Positions 55,519 to 64,000 of a stretch of DNA of 64,000 bases are shown here, piece after piece. The notes under the pieces are model-generated. The model did no database searches and had not been told where the DNA came from. It worked only from the letters and a program-made list of their open reading frames with translations. The translations under genes were made by a program, and so were the position numbers. Source of the stretch: an uncultured Candidatus Micrarchaeota archaeon (GTDB lineage Archaea > Micrarchaeota > Micrarchaeia > Burarchaeales > Fermentimicrarchaeaceae). Each line of letters begins with the position of its first letter. Within the stretch, counting starts at the first letter, position 1. Location of the stretch: the NCBI GenBank assembly GCA_963760615.1, contig CAVXDX010000014.1:32001-96000 (forward strand). Direction: 5' to 3'.

Positions 55519-58500
55519 TTATTTCTTCTTTGCTTTTCTTGTTGCCGTTGAGAACATTGCTTCCCTTGCAACAAAGTAGCCAATCACCAAGCCTATTATT
55601 GCTATGAGAACCACTGCAGTCGTCCATGTGTTTCCTACCGGCATCTGCTGTGTTGGTGCCATAAGAGCTGTTGTCTGGACTTGAGTGCTTGGTTTGGTTG
55701 CAGCTGCGAGGTTGTATGAGATTGAGCTGTTGTAGAATGTCGCCAGTGCCATGACTGGCTTTGTTCCGTTGTATACGGTGAAGTTCACTGCACCTGCAGG
55801 AATCTGTATGTATCCGTATGCATCGGGCATCTTGTAGCCTGGGTCATTGTTGAAAAGAACCTTTATGTTTGTTAAATCAGTTGAATAGTTGAATGGGCCC
55901 TGACCGAAATTCCTGGCTGCCCTTATACCATCCGTTCCGTCAACATTCCTGTCCAGAACGCAGTCTGCCATGTAATCCCACCCTGTGCTTCCCTCCCATG
56001 TTCCAAACTTGCGGTTTATGAGGATGCTGTCTGTCCCATCCACGTTTCCATCAGGCCAGAATTTTATTGTTGGGTAGGGGCTTTTACCTCCTGCCTGGTC
56101 GCACCACATACGGGTGCAGCCGCATTTCCCGGATTGGCAGTTCGTGTCGCTCATGTTGCACCATAAATCCACTTTGAGGTAGTTCATGTTGGGTATGTTA
56201 GGGACATAAAGCTGGCCGTTTGGACCTCCTTTGAGTGCTGCTGCTGGAATTGGCGGTGTAGTGTTGTAAAATGTTATGAGAGACATAACCTCCGCCCCAC
56301 CATCGCCAATGTAGTATCCCCAAACATTGATGTGTGATGCACCTGGCGGTATTAGTATGTACCCATTTGCATCTGGAATGAATGGGTTGGAAATGTCATC
56401 GAACCACACCATGATACGGCTTAGATTAGAGGAATATGTGCCATTCAGCCCAAGACGTCTGGTGGCAGTGGTGTTGTCGCTTTCATCAATGATCCTGTCA
56501 GGATTGACATCTGCCATGTAGTTGAAGTTGGACATGCCTTCGCTGCTCCCTAAAGCTCTAAATATAATGATCATGTCACTTGAATCCACGTTCCCATCAG
56601 GCCAGTTCTTAATGCTGGGGTATGGGCTGGTTCCTCCTGCCTGGTCGCCCAAGATACGACCACAACCGTCGGTGACGGGATCCCAGCCGTTGCCCATGTT
56701 GCACCATTCCTCTATCTTCAAGCGCTTGATATTGGGAATGTTCGGAATATATGTATATCCAGTAATGTCAGTTTTAATTGCAGCCACTGGAATCCCAAAT
56801 CTAGCAGGTGCGGACCAGTTTTTGCTATATGGGAGTCCGTCAGTCTGCGTTGGTGGTGTATGATCAATGAAATGTGTGGGAGTTTCGTTATAAATAAAGT
56901 AAGGAGTATCGCAGAATCCGGTTGCTTGCGCATCTGTGCATATGTCAGAATATCCATTTCCTGATGGGTTTGTCCAGTAGTTGCCCCCTACATAATCCCC
57001 TGGCGTATACATCCTCCTTCCTTGCGTGAAAGCAGTATTCCAAGAGTTGTCCTGGACAAATCCTGTAAAAAGCGTGTTATTGGTGTTGTTCAGGATGTTA
57101 TTAAAGATGGAATTTTGTACTGACGGAAAGATATATGTTGGATTTACTAATGCATCCAGTTCCGTGAGATACACGCCATATGCATTATTCTGAATTCTTG
57201 AGCCAGTGACTGTATTGTAACCCGAACCGCTGAAAGTGATGCCGTAAGTATTTGAAGTTATGGTATCATTGGTTATCAGATTGTAGTATGACTTCGAAAG
57301 ATATATTCCATGAGTAAAATTGGTGATTACGCAGTTTTTTAACGTACCGCTCATTGACTGCCAGCGGAAGTCTACTCCAATACCGGAGCCATTACCGCGT
57401 ATCGTGAACCCTCGGCAGTCCAGAGTTACATTTGAGGCAAAACCCTGTACAAACTTTACAACCGAACCTAGCTGGGATACTGTAATATTGGACATAAGGC
57501 AATAGATTACATTGGGCTGGTTTAATGGAACTGGCATAACGGACGTATCCACCGGGATGTCACATCCTGGCGCCACAGCTGCCTTTGTTTTGCCAGAAAC
57601 AACATTTGAGATGTTGGAAGCACTCCCAAAGTCATCAAAAGCTTTTATCGCAGCATAGTAGGTTGTGTTAAGTCTCAGCCCGCTTAATGCGTAGGTTTCT
57701 CCTGTTCCAGCTGGGTCTCCACTGGAATAAAAAGTTTGAGAAGTTACAGAATCGAAATTATCTTTGTTTATCGGAGACGTACTATATTTTATGAGGTAGT
57801 AGTTCACAACTAGCCCAGCTGTTGAAACATTGGCAGCAGTCCAGTGTAGACCCATAGTGGTCCATGTGGTGTTAGCTACTGAGAGGTCCGTCACAGTGGT
57901 TGGCGGATAAGCAGGCTGAGTAGATGACAATAAAACATACATATAATTCCCGATGTTGCAGTCGTTATAGTACAGGTTGAAGTAACCGTCACCATTCCAG
58001 TCACTGCTCCAGCTGTTCTTTATAATCCAGTATCCGCCTGTGTCGTTGTAACCTACAATCACTACTGCATGATCCTGAGCCGGGCTGACACCACCACATG
58101 TGAAGATTCCATTGCTATCAGGGTCTCCATCCATGGCAAGGTACACTGCAAGTGGTCCATAGGTTGTAAGATACTGTTTTACCATGTTAGGGGGTACGTA
58201 TCCCCATGCGCTAATATTGAATAATCGGCTTCTCCAGTTTGAACATCTGTCTGAACAGAGAACTGGTGTAAACCCGCCACCAAAAAAATTGTTGCCATTA
58301 GCGTCAACAGCTTGATATGGGAAACATCCCTCATCCACGGTGCCACTATTTTTAATATAATCAAGAGCAGGTTCGGAATTACCACCGTTGGGACAGTCAC
58401 CAGCCCCGCTGCATGACAGAACATCCTGCTCGGAAAGGTCCGGAGTGATGGAAGAGCTGTTGTATTCTTGTATTTTCATATTCGCCTCAACAGCCCCAAC

Positions 58501-59070
58501 TGCGGCAAAATCCCAGCAGCTGCCGCAGTCACCCTGGTCTTTGACCGGGGTCATCCAGTTGTAACCATTCACATTCCTCCAGTCAAAGTATGTGGGAAGA
58601 GTCACCTCAGAAACTGATTGTGTTGAGAATCCTGTTGCAGAAATTTTAGGTATTACGCCATGGTTCTTGGGAGTGTTTATCTGATGCGCTTTGACATCTG
58701 TAGTGAGGTTGATGAAGTAAGTCACTGGTATTCCTTTACTCTGCATCGCATGAACGCCTTTGGGGATGCAGATTGCGTTTTCGCTTTTGCCGCGGATGAC
58801 TGTTTGGATGTCATACCCATTCTTCACGCAGTAGGAGTAGTTAGCCCCGCATTTTCCACTTAAGAAATCCCACCCGCCACATTTCTCATTGTCGGGAAGG
58901 GTGCACTGGCCAGTTTCACCTTTGGGTGTTTTTATGATGTTGTAGGTGTAGCCCATCTGCGTGCAGTAAACAGCAGCGGGGTTGGGCAGCGCAAAAGAGA
59001 GGTTTATCAATATAAGAAATACTGCAATAAGGATTAGTTTATTCATTGAACCACCCTGGTCGTACTCCAC
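55519..59070 (-). CDS. Multidomain surface C1A (papain-like) cysteine protease: DUF333-like, C1A, FN3, beta-helix, two dockerin-like modules, TM anchor
   Basis: LPNPAAVYC; QGDCGSCWDF, DHAVVIVGY, IKNSW catalytic triad; C-terminal TM plus KAKKK. Confidence 0.88.
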   Translation of the reverse strand: MEYDQGGSMNKLILIAVFLILINLSFALPNPAAVYCTQMGYTYNIIKTPKGETGQCTLPDNEKCGGWDFLSGKCGANYSYCVKNGYDIQTVIRGKSENAICIPKGVHAMQSKGIPVTYFINLTTDVKAHQINTPKNHGVIPKISATGFSTQSVSEVTLPTYFDWRNVNGYNWMTPVKDQGDCGSCWDFAAVGAVEANMKIQEYNSSSITPDLSEQDVLSCSGAGDCPNGGNSEPALDYIKNSGTVDEGCFPYQAVDANGNNFFGGGFTPVLCSDRCSNWRSRLFNISAWGYVPPNMVKQYLTTYGPLAVYLAMDGDPDSNGIFTCGGVSPAQDHAVVIVGYNDTGGYWIIKNSWSSDWNGDGYFNLYYNDCNIGNYMYVLLSSTQPAYPPTTVTDLSVANTTWTTMGLHWTAANVSTAGLVVNYYLIKYSTSPINKDNFDSVTSQTFYSSGDPAGTGETYALSGLRLNTTYYAAIKAFDDFGSASNISNVVSGKTKAAVAPGCDIPVDTSVMPVPLNQPNVIYCLMSNITVSQLGSVVKFVQGFASNVTLDCRGFTIRGNGSGIGVDFRWQSMSGTLKNCVITNFTHGIYLSKSYYNLITNDTITSNTYGITFSGSGYNTVTGSRIQNNAYGVYLTELDALVNPTYIFPSVQNSIFNNILNNTNNTLFTGFVQDNSWNTAFTQGRRMYTPGDYVGGNYWTNPSGNGYSDICTDAQATGFCDTPYFIYNETPTHFIDHTPPTQTDGLPYSKNWSAPARFGIPVAAIKTDITGYTYIPNIPNIKRLKIEEWCNMGNGWDPVTDGCGRILGDQAGGTSPYPSIKNWPDGNVDSSDMIIIFRALGSSEGMSNFNYMADVNPDRIIDESDNTTATRRLGLNGTYSSNLSRIMVWFDDISNPFIPDANGYILIPPGASHINVWGYYIGDGGAEVMSLITFYNTTPPIPAAALKGGPNGQLYVPNIPNMNYLKVDLWCNMSDTNCQSGKCGCTRMWCDQAGGKSPYPTIKFWPDGNVDGTDSILINRKFGTWEGSTGWDYMADCVLDRNVDGTDGIRAARNFGQGPFNYSTDLTNIKVLFNNDPGYKMPDAYGYIQIPAGAVNFTVYNGTKPVMALATFYNSSISYNLAAATKPSTQVQTTALMAPTQQMPVGNTWTTAVVLIAIIGLVIGYFVAREAMFSTATRKAKKK

Positions 59071-59137
59071 ATTCTGAGTATTTATACATTCGCTTTTTTG
59101 CCCGCACTTATTTTAAATATCATTGTGAAAATAACTC

Positions 59138-60202
59138 ATGGCTTCTGCAGGAAAGCTCAAGGCATTGAGCGGCAGAGACTTTCTCACAATTGAGAGAAAT
59201 GCATTGATGCTGCTTTTCATATTGCTACTGCCTGTTGGGTTCGGGATAATGTTTGCGAGCTTCAGGCAGGTTATTCCAAAGAGCACTCCTGCCTCGGTAA
59301 TAAAGGCGGATGCAAACGTGAGCGATGCGGATATGAGATTCGCAACCTTCAGCATACTCTCACAGTTCTGCTCCCCATCAGTTGATTCCAGAGAAGAGGC
59401 ATTCAGGAAGCTCAGCAGGGAGGAGTCCTATTTCATAGTTTCAGTTCCATCAGGCATAAGGGAGGGAAGAGGCACTGTGACCATCTATGTTGACAACTCT
59501 CTTTCCCCCCTTGCAGAAGTTTCAGATTATGTTGTTGAGATACTGAAATACGAGCTGGGGAAGGCAGGCTTCTACCCGGAGATAAGTGTTGAGAAAATGG
59601 GCAGGCGCATCTTGCCAATTGAGTACTTTGCACCGGGCGTGGTGATGATTCTGCTGGCAATGGCCGGCATTCTGATTGCACCTTTCAACACAATGAAGGA
59701 CAGCAACATGATGCCGAGGGTGCTCTCCAGCGTGAATGCGTGGGAGTTCATCGCGAGCAAACTCCTGTTCTCCCTTCTCCTCGCATTGATTCAGATAGGG
59801 ATACTGCTGGCGACGCAGAGCTATCTTGAAATGCCGATAATGGACATAAACTACCTCTCAGCCGCAATGGTAATACTAACATCCTTCGCGCTCACCTCAA
59901 CAGGCATGTTCATAGCATTTGCATTGAAGCTTTCAAACATTGGGAGGTACGTCTGCTCCCTCCTCTTTGGGCTGGCGGTTGCCTTCTCAGGGATGCTCTA
60001 CCCGCCTGGGTTCCTCCCCCCGTACCTGCAGCCTATTCCCAAAATCCTTCCAACTTATTATGCGCTTGTGGCTCTGAGGGGCTTTGCCGTTAAAGGCGTG
60101 GCTTGGGAAGTGCTGGTGGATTACATGGGGATAACAGTTGTATGGTCCATACTTTCACTGGCTCTCTTCTATTATTTTGTAAGGAGGTTTAGAGATGGGT
60201 GA
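59138..60202 (+). CDS. ABC-2 type transporter permease
   Basis: N-terminal TM, external loop, YFAPG, SGMLYP..LP..LQ..P..LP.YY. Confidence 0.85.
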   Translation: MASAGKLKALSGRDFLTIERNALMLLFILLLPVGFGIMFASFRQVIPKSTPASVIKADANVSDADMRFATFSILSQFCSPSVDSREEAFRKLSREESYFIVSVPSGIREGRGTVTIYVDNSLSPLAEVSDYVVEILKYELGKAGFYPEISVEKMGRRILPIEYFAPGVVMILLAMAGILIAPFNTMKDSNMMPRVLSSVNAWEFIASKLLFSLLLALIQIGILLATQSYLEMPIMDINYLSAAMVILTSFALTSTGMFIAFALKLSNIGRYVCSLLFGLAVAFSGMLYPPGFLPPYLQPIPKILPTYYALVALRGFAVKGVAWEVLVDYMGITVVWSILSLALFYYFVRRFRDG

Positions 60203-60869
60203 CGCAGTTGTTGTGAATGATGTGAGCAAATACTTCAGGGGGAGGCCTGCCCTTATTGGTGTTTCCCTGAGGATACCTGCAGGATGCATCTTCTGCATAG
60301 CTGGCCCCAACGGGAGCGGAAAGACCACACTGCTTAACATAATCGCAGGGGTTCTCTCACCAAGTAAAGGAAGAATTGAAGTTGACAGAACGAAGTTAGG
60401 GTATGCATACCAGCATCCCAGGCTGAGCGAGGAGCTGACAGTGGGTGAGAATCTGTCCTTCTTCTCCCAGCTTAGCGAGGCAAAGGATGCTGAGTGGGGC
60501 AGGAATTTAATCAGAGTACTGAAGCTTGATGGGATTTTGAATGAGAATGTAGATGCGCTCTCTTCAGGAACTATGAAGCGGCTTGAGATAACTGTGAGCC
60601 TTCTTCGCAATCCTGAGATAGTTCTTCTTGATGAGCCAACCGCAGGGCTTGATACGGAATCGACAAAAGAAATTCTGGGGCTGCTGAAGCTTTTCAAAAA
60701 AGAGGGTAAGACTGTGGTGGTTGCAACCCACCAGCTGGAGAATTTCTGCGGGGTCTGCGAGAGGCTTGCCGTGCTCTCTGAAGGTAGAGTGGTGCTTGAG
60801 AGGGAAATTGGAAAGGTTACTGAGAAGAAACTGATGCAGTTTTACGAAAGCGCTGTAGGGAAAGGTTAA
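60195..60869 (+). CDS. ABC transporter ATP-binding protein
   Basis: GPNGSGKTT, LSSGTMKR, LLDEPTAGLD. Confidence 0.92.
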   Translation: MGDAVVVNDVSKYFRGRPALIGVSLRIPAGCIFCIAGPNGSGKTTLLNIIAGVLSPSKGRIEVDRTKLGYAYQHPRLSEELTVGENLSFFSQLSEAKDAEWGRNLIRVLKLDGILNENVDALSSGTMKRLEITVSLLRNPEIVLLDEPTAGLDTESTKEILGLLKLFKKEGKTVVVATHQLENFCGVCERLAVLSEGRVVLEREIGKVTEKKLMQFYESAVGKG

Positions 60870-60896
60870 ATAACAATATAGACAAATATCCCCTAC

Positions 60897-61424
60897 ATGA
60901 GGGGCTTGTTCATAGGCAGGTTTCAGCCGTTCCACAATGGCCATTTGAAAGGAATTGAGTGGGCGCTGAAGAGATGCAACGAGCTTGTCATAGCTGTGGG
61001 CAGCACCCAGCGCTCTTTCGACAGGATGGATTTGTTCACTGCAGGGGAGAGAATTGGAATGATAAGGAGAGCCATTAAAGCAAGGAAGATTGAAGGGAAA
61101 TGCATTATTGTACCTGTTTCTGACATAAACAACAACGCCCTGTGGGTGAGCCACCTCAAATCTCTCTGCCCCGAGTTTCATGTTGTCTTCTCCAACAATT
61201 CACTTGTCAAGCTGCTCTTCTCGGAGGCGGGCATGAAAGTGCTTGAAGTTCCTCTTTTTGATAGGAAGAAGTGCGATGGGACGTACATAAGGCGGCTCAT
61301 GCTCTCAGGAAATAAATGGAAGGAACTCGTCCCTCCCGAGGTGGCGGAGTTTATAGCAGAGAGCAAAGGTGCTGAAAGGCTCAGGAGTATTTCAAAAGGG
61401 GATAAAGGCGAGGTGGTAAGGTGA
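60897..61424 (+). CDS. nadM: Nicotinamide-nucleotide adenylyltransferase
   Basis: IGRFQPFHNGH, FTAGER, WKELVP. Confidence 0.93.
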   Translation: MRGLFIGRFQPFHNGHLKGIEWALKRCNELVIAVGSTQRSFDRMDLFTAGERIGMIRRAIKARKIEGKCIIVPVSDINNNALWVSHLKSLCPEFHVVFSNNSLVKLLFSEAGMKVLEVPLFDRKKCDGTYIRRLMLSGNKWKELVPPEVAEFIAESKGAERLRSISKGDKGEVVR

Positions 61425-62650
61425 AAATTGCTTATTTCGTATGGGAGTACCCTCCAAGGCTTGTTGGCGGGCTTGGAACCTATGCTGCTGAGATAACCAA
61501 GAAGTTTGACGAGATGGGGCACAAGCTTGTGGTTTTCACCATGAATGACGGGGAGAAGCTCCCCACGAAGGAGGAGAAGAACAACATAACTATCCATAGG
61601 CCGCTGCTTGCAGATGCAACTCCTGTGCTGCCAACATTTGTTGACGAAGAGATAAAGAGGTGGGGGGATGGCCTGAAGTTTTTCTCTGACATACTCACCT
61701 ACAACTTCCTCTCTGCGAACAAGTTCGCAAACGAGGTTGCTAGGAAGGAGGACTTTGATATTGTTGTCTGTCATGACTGGCTCTCTGCAATTGCAGGAGT
61801 GATTGCAAAGAAGAACACAAACAAGCCGATGGTTTTCCATGTGCATTCCACGGAGCATGGCAGGAGCGGGGGGGGAGGCTCCCAGACGATAAGGGATTTG
61901 GAGTTCTCAACTGCAAGCTATGCAGACAGGATAATAACCGTCAGCTTCGCCATGAGGGATGAGCTGCACAGGTTGTACTTCCCCGCGGATAGGATAAGGG
62001 TGTGCTGGAATGGGGTGGATGAGAAGAAGTATGACATAGGAAGGTTCGGCAAACAGCAGATTGATGAATTTAAGGCGAAGATTGGAATAAAGGAAGGGGA
62101 TAAGCCAATTCTCTTCACGGGAAGGCTCACATGGGTCAAGGGGGCTAACAGCCTCGTGAATGCAATGCCCGAGATACTGAGGGAGTGCCCGGAGGCCAGG
62201 TTGATTATACTCGGCAGGGGGGAGATGGCTGACGAGCTGAAGGTTCTTGCAAGGCAGCTCAGCATAGGCGACAAGATAACAATGATTGACAGGTGGGTCG
62301 GCGAGGAGGAGAGAATCATGCTATACGCCAGCAGCTACATGGTGTGCGCCCCTTCCAGGTACGAGCCCTTCGGCATAGTTTCCCTTGAGGGTATGAGCAT
62401 GGGGAAGCCCGTGCTTGTGGGAAGAGGTGGACTGCGGGAGGCTGTGGTGGAGGGGGAGACTGGCTTCTTCTGTGAGCCTGATGACGCCCATGATGTGGCA
62501 GTAAAGGCGCTGAAAATACTGAAAAACCCTGAGCTGGCGAGGAAGCTTGGCGAGAATGGGAGGGCAAGGGTGCTCAAGGATTTCACATGGGATAAGATTG
62601 CGAGGGACACTATTGAGATATACCAGAATGTCATTGACAAGAAAGGGTGA
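61421..62650 (+). CDS. GT4 glycosyltransferase (glycogen synthase-like)
   Basis: WEYPPRLVGGLG, HDW, HSTEHGR, PSRYEPFGIVSLEGM. Confidence 0.93.
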   Translation: MKIAYFVWEYPPRLVGGLGTYAAEITKKFDEMGHKLVVFTMNDGEKLPTKEEKNNITIHRPLLADATPVLPTFVDEEIKRWGDGLKFFSDILTYNFLSANKFANEVARKEDFDIVVCHDWLSAIAGVIAKKNTNKPMVFHVHSTEHGRSGGGGSQTIRDLEFSTASYADRIITVSFAMRDELHRLYFPADRIRVCWNGVDEKKYDIGRFGKQQIDEFKAKIGIKEGDKPILFTGRLTWVKGANSLVNAMPEILRECPEARLIILGRGEMADELKVLARQLSIGDKITMIDRWVGEEERIMLYASSYMVCAPSRYEPFGIVSLEGMSMGKPVLVGRGGLREAVVEGETGFFCEPDDAHDVAVKALKILKNPELARKLGENGRARVLKDFTWDKIARDTIEIYQNVIDKKG

Positions 62651-62684
62651 CTGCCCAAAGCCCGCACAGCATTGAGGCGATGCA

Positions 62685-63323
62685 ATGGAAACGGCTGAAC
62701 TGATAAAAGACCTAAAAAACGCTATGGGCGTTGCAGGCATCATCTGCAGTGCGATTGGAATCATTGCAACAATTGTGCTGTATTTCGTATTGTCTCCTCT
62801 CGTTGACAGAATGGGAGCAACGACAGTTATTGCCATGAACGATATGACGGCAGCTGTCGGCGGGGGTGTTGCATCTCTCAAGTCGGCGTCGGACAGCATC
62901 ACCTCACTCTCTGACTTCTCCAGAAACATGTCAGCATCAATGGGGAAGCTACAGAACGGAACAAGCAAATTCTCATCCTCTCTCTCAAACCTATCCAGAG
63001 ATATCGGCAGTCTTGAGCCGTCAGTATCAAAAGATTCGCTGGAGCAGCTCAACGATTCGGCAAACTCATTCTCGGAATTCTCAGCACAGCTTGGAGAGGC
63101 GCGCTCCTCTCTCGACTCGACGTCATCTTCCCTGAGGGATACGTCAGCTGGCGTCAACTCGACAAGAGATAATGTAGCGAGCGCTGAAGTTGATATAAGC
63201 GAAATGAAGGATACGTTGAATGGGGTTATCGGGGGGCTGAAGCTCGCGCTGCTTGTTGGAACGTTTATTGCAATACTGCTCTTCCTCGCCCTTATGTGCT
63301 ACTCAGTGGGCATACTGCTTTAA
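62685..63323 (+). CDS. Hypothetical membrane protein with Ser-rich helical stalk between two TMs
   Basis: TM, heptad-like repeats, TM. Confidence 0.65.
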   Translation: METAELIKDLKNAMGVAGIICSAIGIIATIVLYFVLSPLVDRMGATTVIAMNDMTAAVGGGVASLKSASDSITSLSDFSRNMSASMGKLQNGTSKFSSSLSNLSRDIGSLEPSVSKDSLEQLNDSANSFSEFSAQLGEARSSLDSTSSSLRDTSAGVNSTRDNVASAEVDISEMKDTLNGVIGGLKLALLVGTFIAILLFLALMCYSVGILL

Positions 63324-63324
63324 A

Positions 63325-63534
63325 CTAGAGGACTACTTCTCCAATCGCAAATGTTCTTCTCAGCGCAGTTATCTTCACCTTAACCTTATCCCCTACTTTG
63401 GCGTTGGGGATGAATATTACGAATCCCTCGTAATGCGCGATTCCATCGCCCTTGCTTCCCTGCGCGTCTATTGTCACCTCATACTCCTTGCCTTCCTCAA
63501 CCGGCGCATTCATCGAAATTCCCATCTCCTTCAC
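63325..63534 (-). CDS. Single TRAM domain RNA-binding protein
   Basis: APVEEGKEYEVTI..GSKGDGIA..GFVIFIP..VGDKVKVKI. Confidence 0.92.
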   Translation of the reverse strand: MKEMGISMNAPVEEGKEYEVTIDAQGSKGDGIAHYEGFVIFIPNAKVGDKVKVKITALRRTFAIGEVVL

Positions 63535-63628
63535 CTCTCTACGAGCCTCAGAATAGTTAACCTGCAGCCCCTCCAGGTATTATTTTATCGTTCCATTTTA
63601 AAAAACTGTTTGTGGAGACAAAAAAAGC

Positions 63629-64000
63629 CTAAATGCCCTCGCTCATCTCCTTTCCAAGCTCCAGGCCTGCAACCACGTCTGGAAGCACAACAATCTCAGC
63701 CCCTGCCCTATGAAGCTTGCTCACAACTTCCTCTGAAACCGCTCGGCTTGCTATGGTAAGGTCTTGGTTGAGCTCCCTTGCAGTGAGGGTTATGTAAACG
63801 TTCTTAGTGTCGTTGCCCAGTGCCGCTATGAGACCTCCAGCCCTCTCTATTCCAGCTAATTTCAAAACCTTGGAGTGGGTTGCGTCTCCTTCCACAACAG
63901 GTATGTTCATCTCCCTCAACAGCTTCACCGTCTGGGGGTTCCTGTCGACAACCACGTATGCCATTGTGTGGTCGTCCAGCACCTCGCAAGCCTTCTGCCC
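63629..64000 (-). CDS. TrkA-N/RCK domain protein (potassium channel-related), partial
   Basis: VVEGDAT..L..AGIERA..D..N..TARELN; frame is open to the window edge. Confidence 0.85.
   Translation of the reverse strand, partial: GQKACEVLDDHTMAYVVVDRNPQTVKLLREMNIPVVEGDATHSKVLKLAGIERAGGLIAALGNDTKNVYITLTARELNQDLTIASRAVSEEVVSKLHRAGAEIVVLPDVVAGLELGKEMSEGI

Overview
Archaeal chromosomal window. A DPANN-type host such as Micrarchaeota is inferred from gene content and not proven. Left part (1-23.3 kb): housekeeping genes, including the spt5-secE-ftsZ cluster, ribose-1,5-bisphosphate isomerase plus AMP phosphorylase, deoxyhypusine synthase, SSB, carS, sppA, two ABC systems and alaS, ending in tRNA-Val(CAC) and tRNA-Glu(CTC). 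The last 11 bp of tRNA-Glu (CGGTCGGAGCA) recur five more times, at 43612, 44907, 46053, 47859 and 48913. These cores delimit five tandem units. The first is a 20.3 kb integrative, probably conjugative element encoding a tyrosine integrase, two VirB2-like pilins, a VirB6-like protein, a PrgI-like protein, a frameshifted VirB4 with a nuclease-like tail, Cdc6, a 56-aa histone missed by the ORF track, a type II R-M system and an RNA-nuclease cargo operon. The other four are 1.05-1.8 kb integrase-less cassettes holding one or two genes each between conserved attP-like arms. This tRNA-anchored, integron-like cassette array is the main candidate for an undescribed system. Right part (49-64 kb): redox genes, a SelO-like kinase-fold protein, SOD, TFB, a large multidomain C1A protease, an ABC transporter, NMN adenylyltransferase, a GT4 glycosyltransferase, a TRAM protein and a partial TrkA-N protein. 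All family assignments come from motif reading by eye; no database searches were run.
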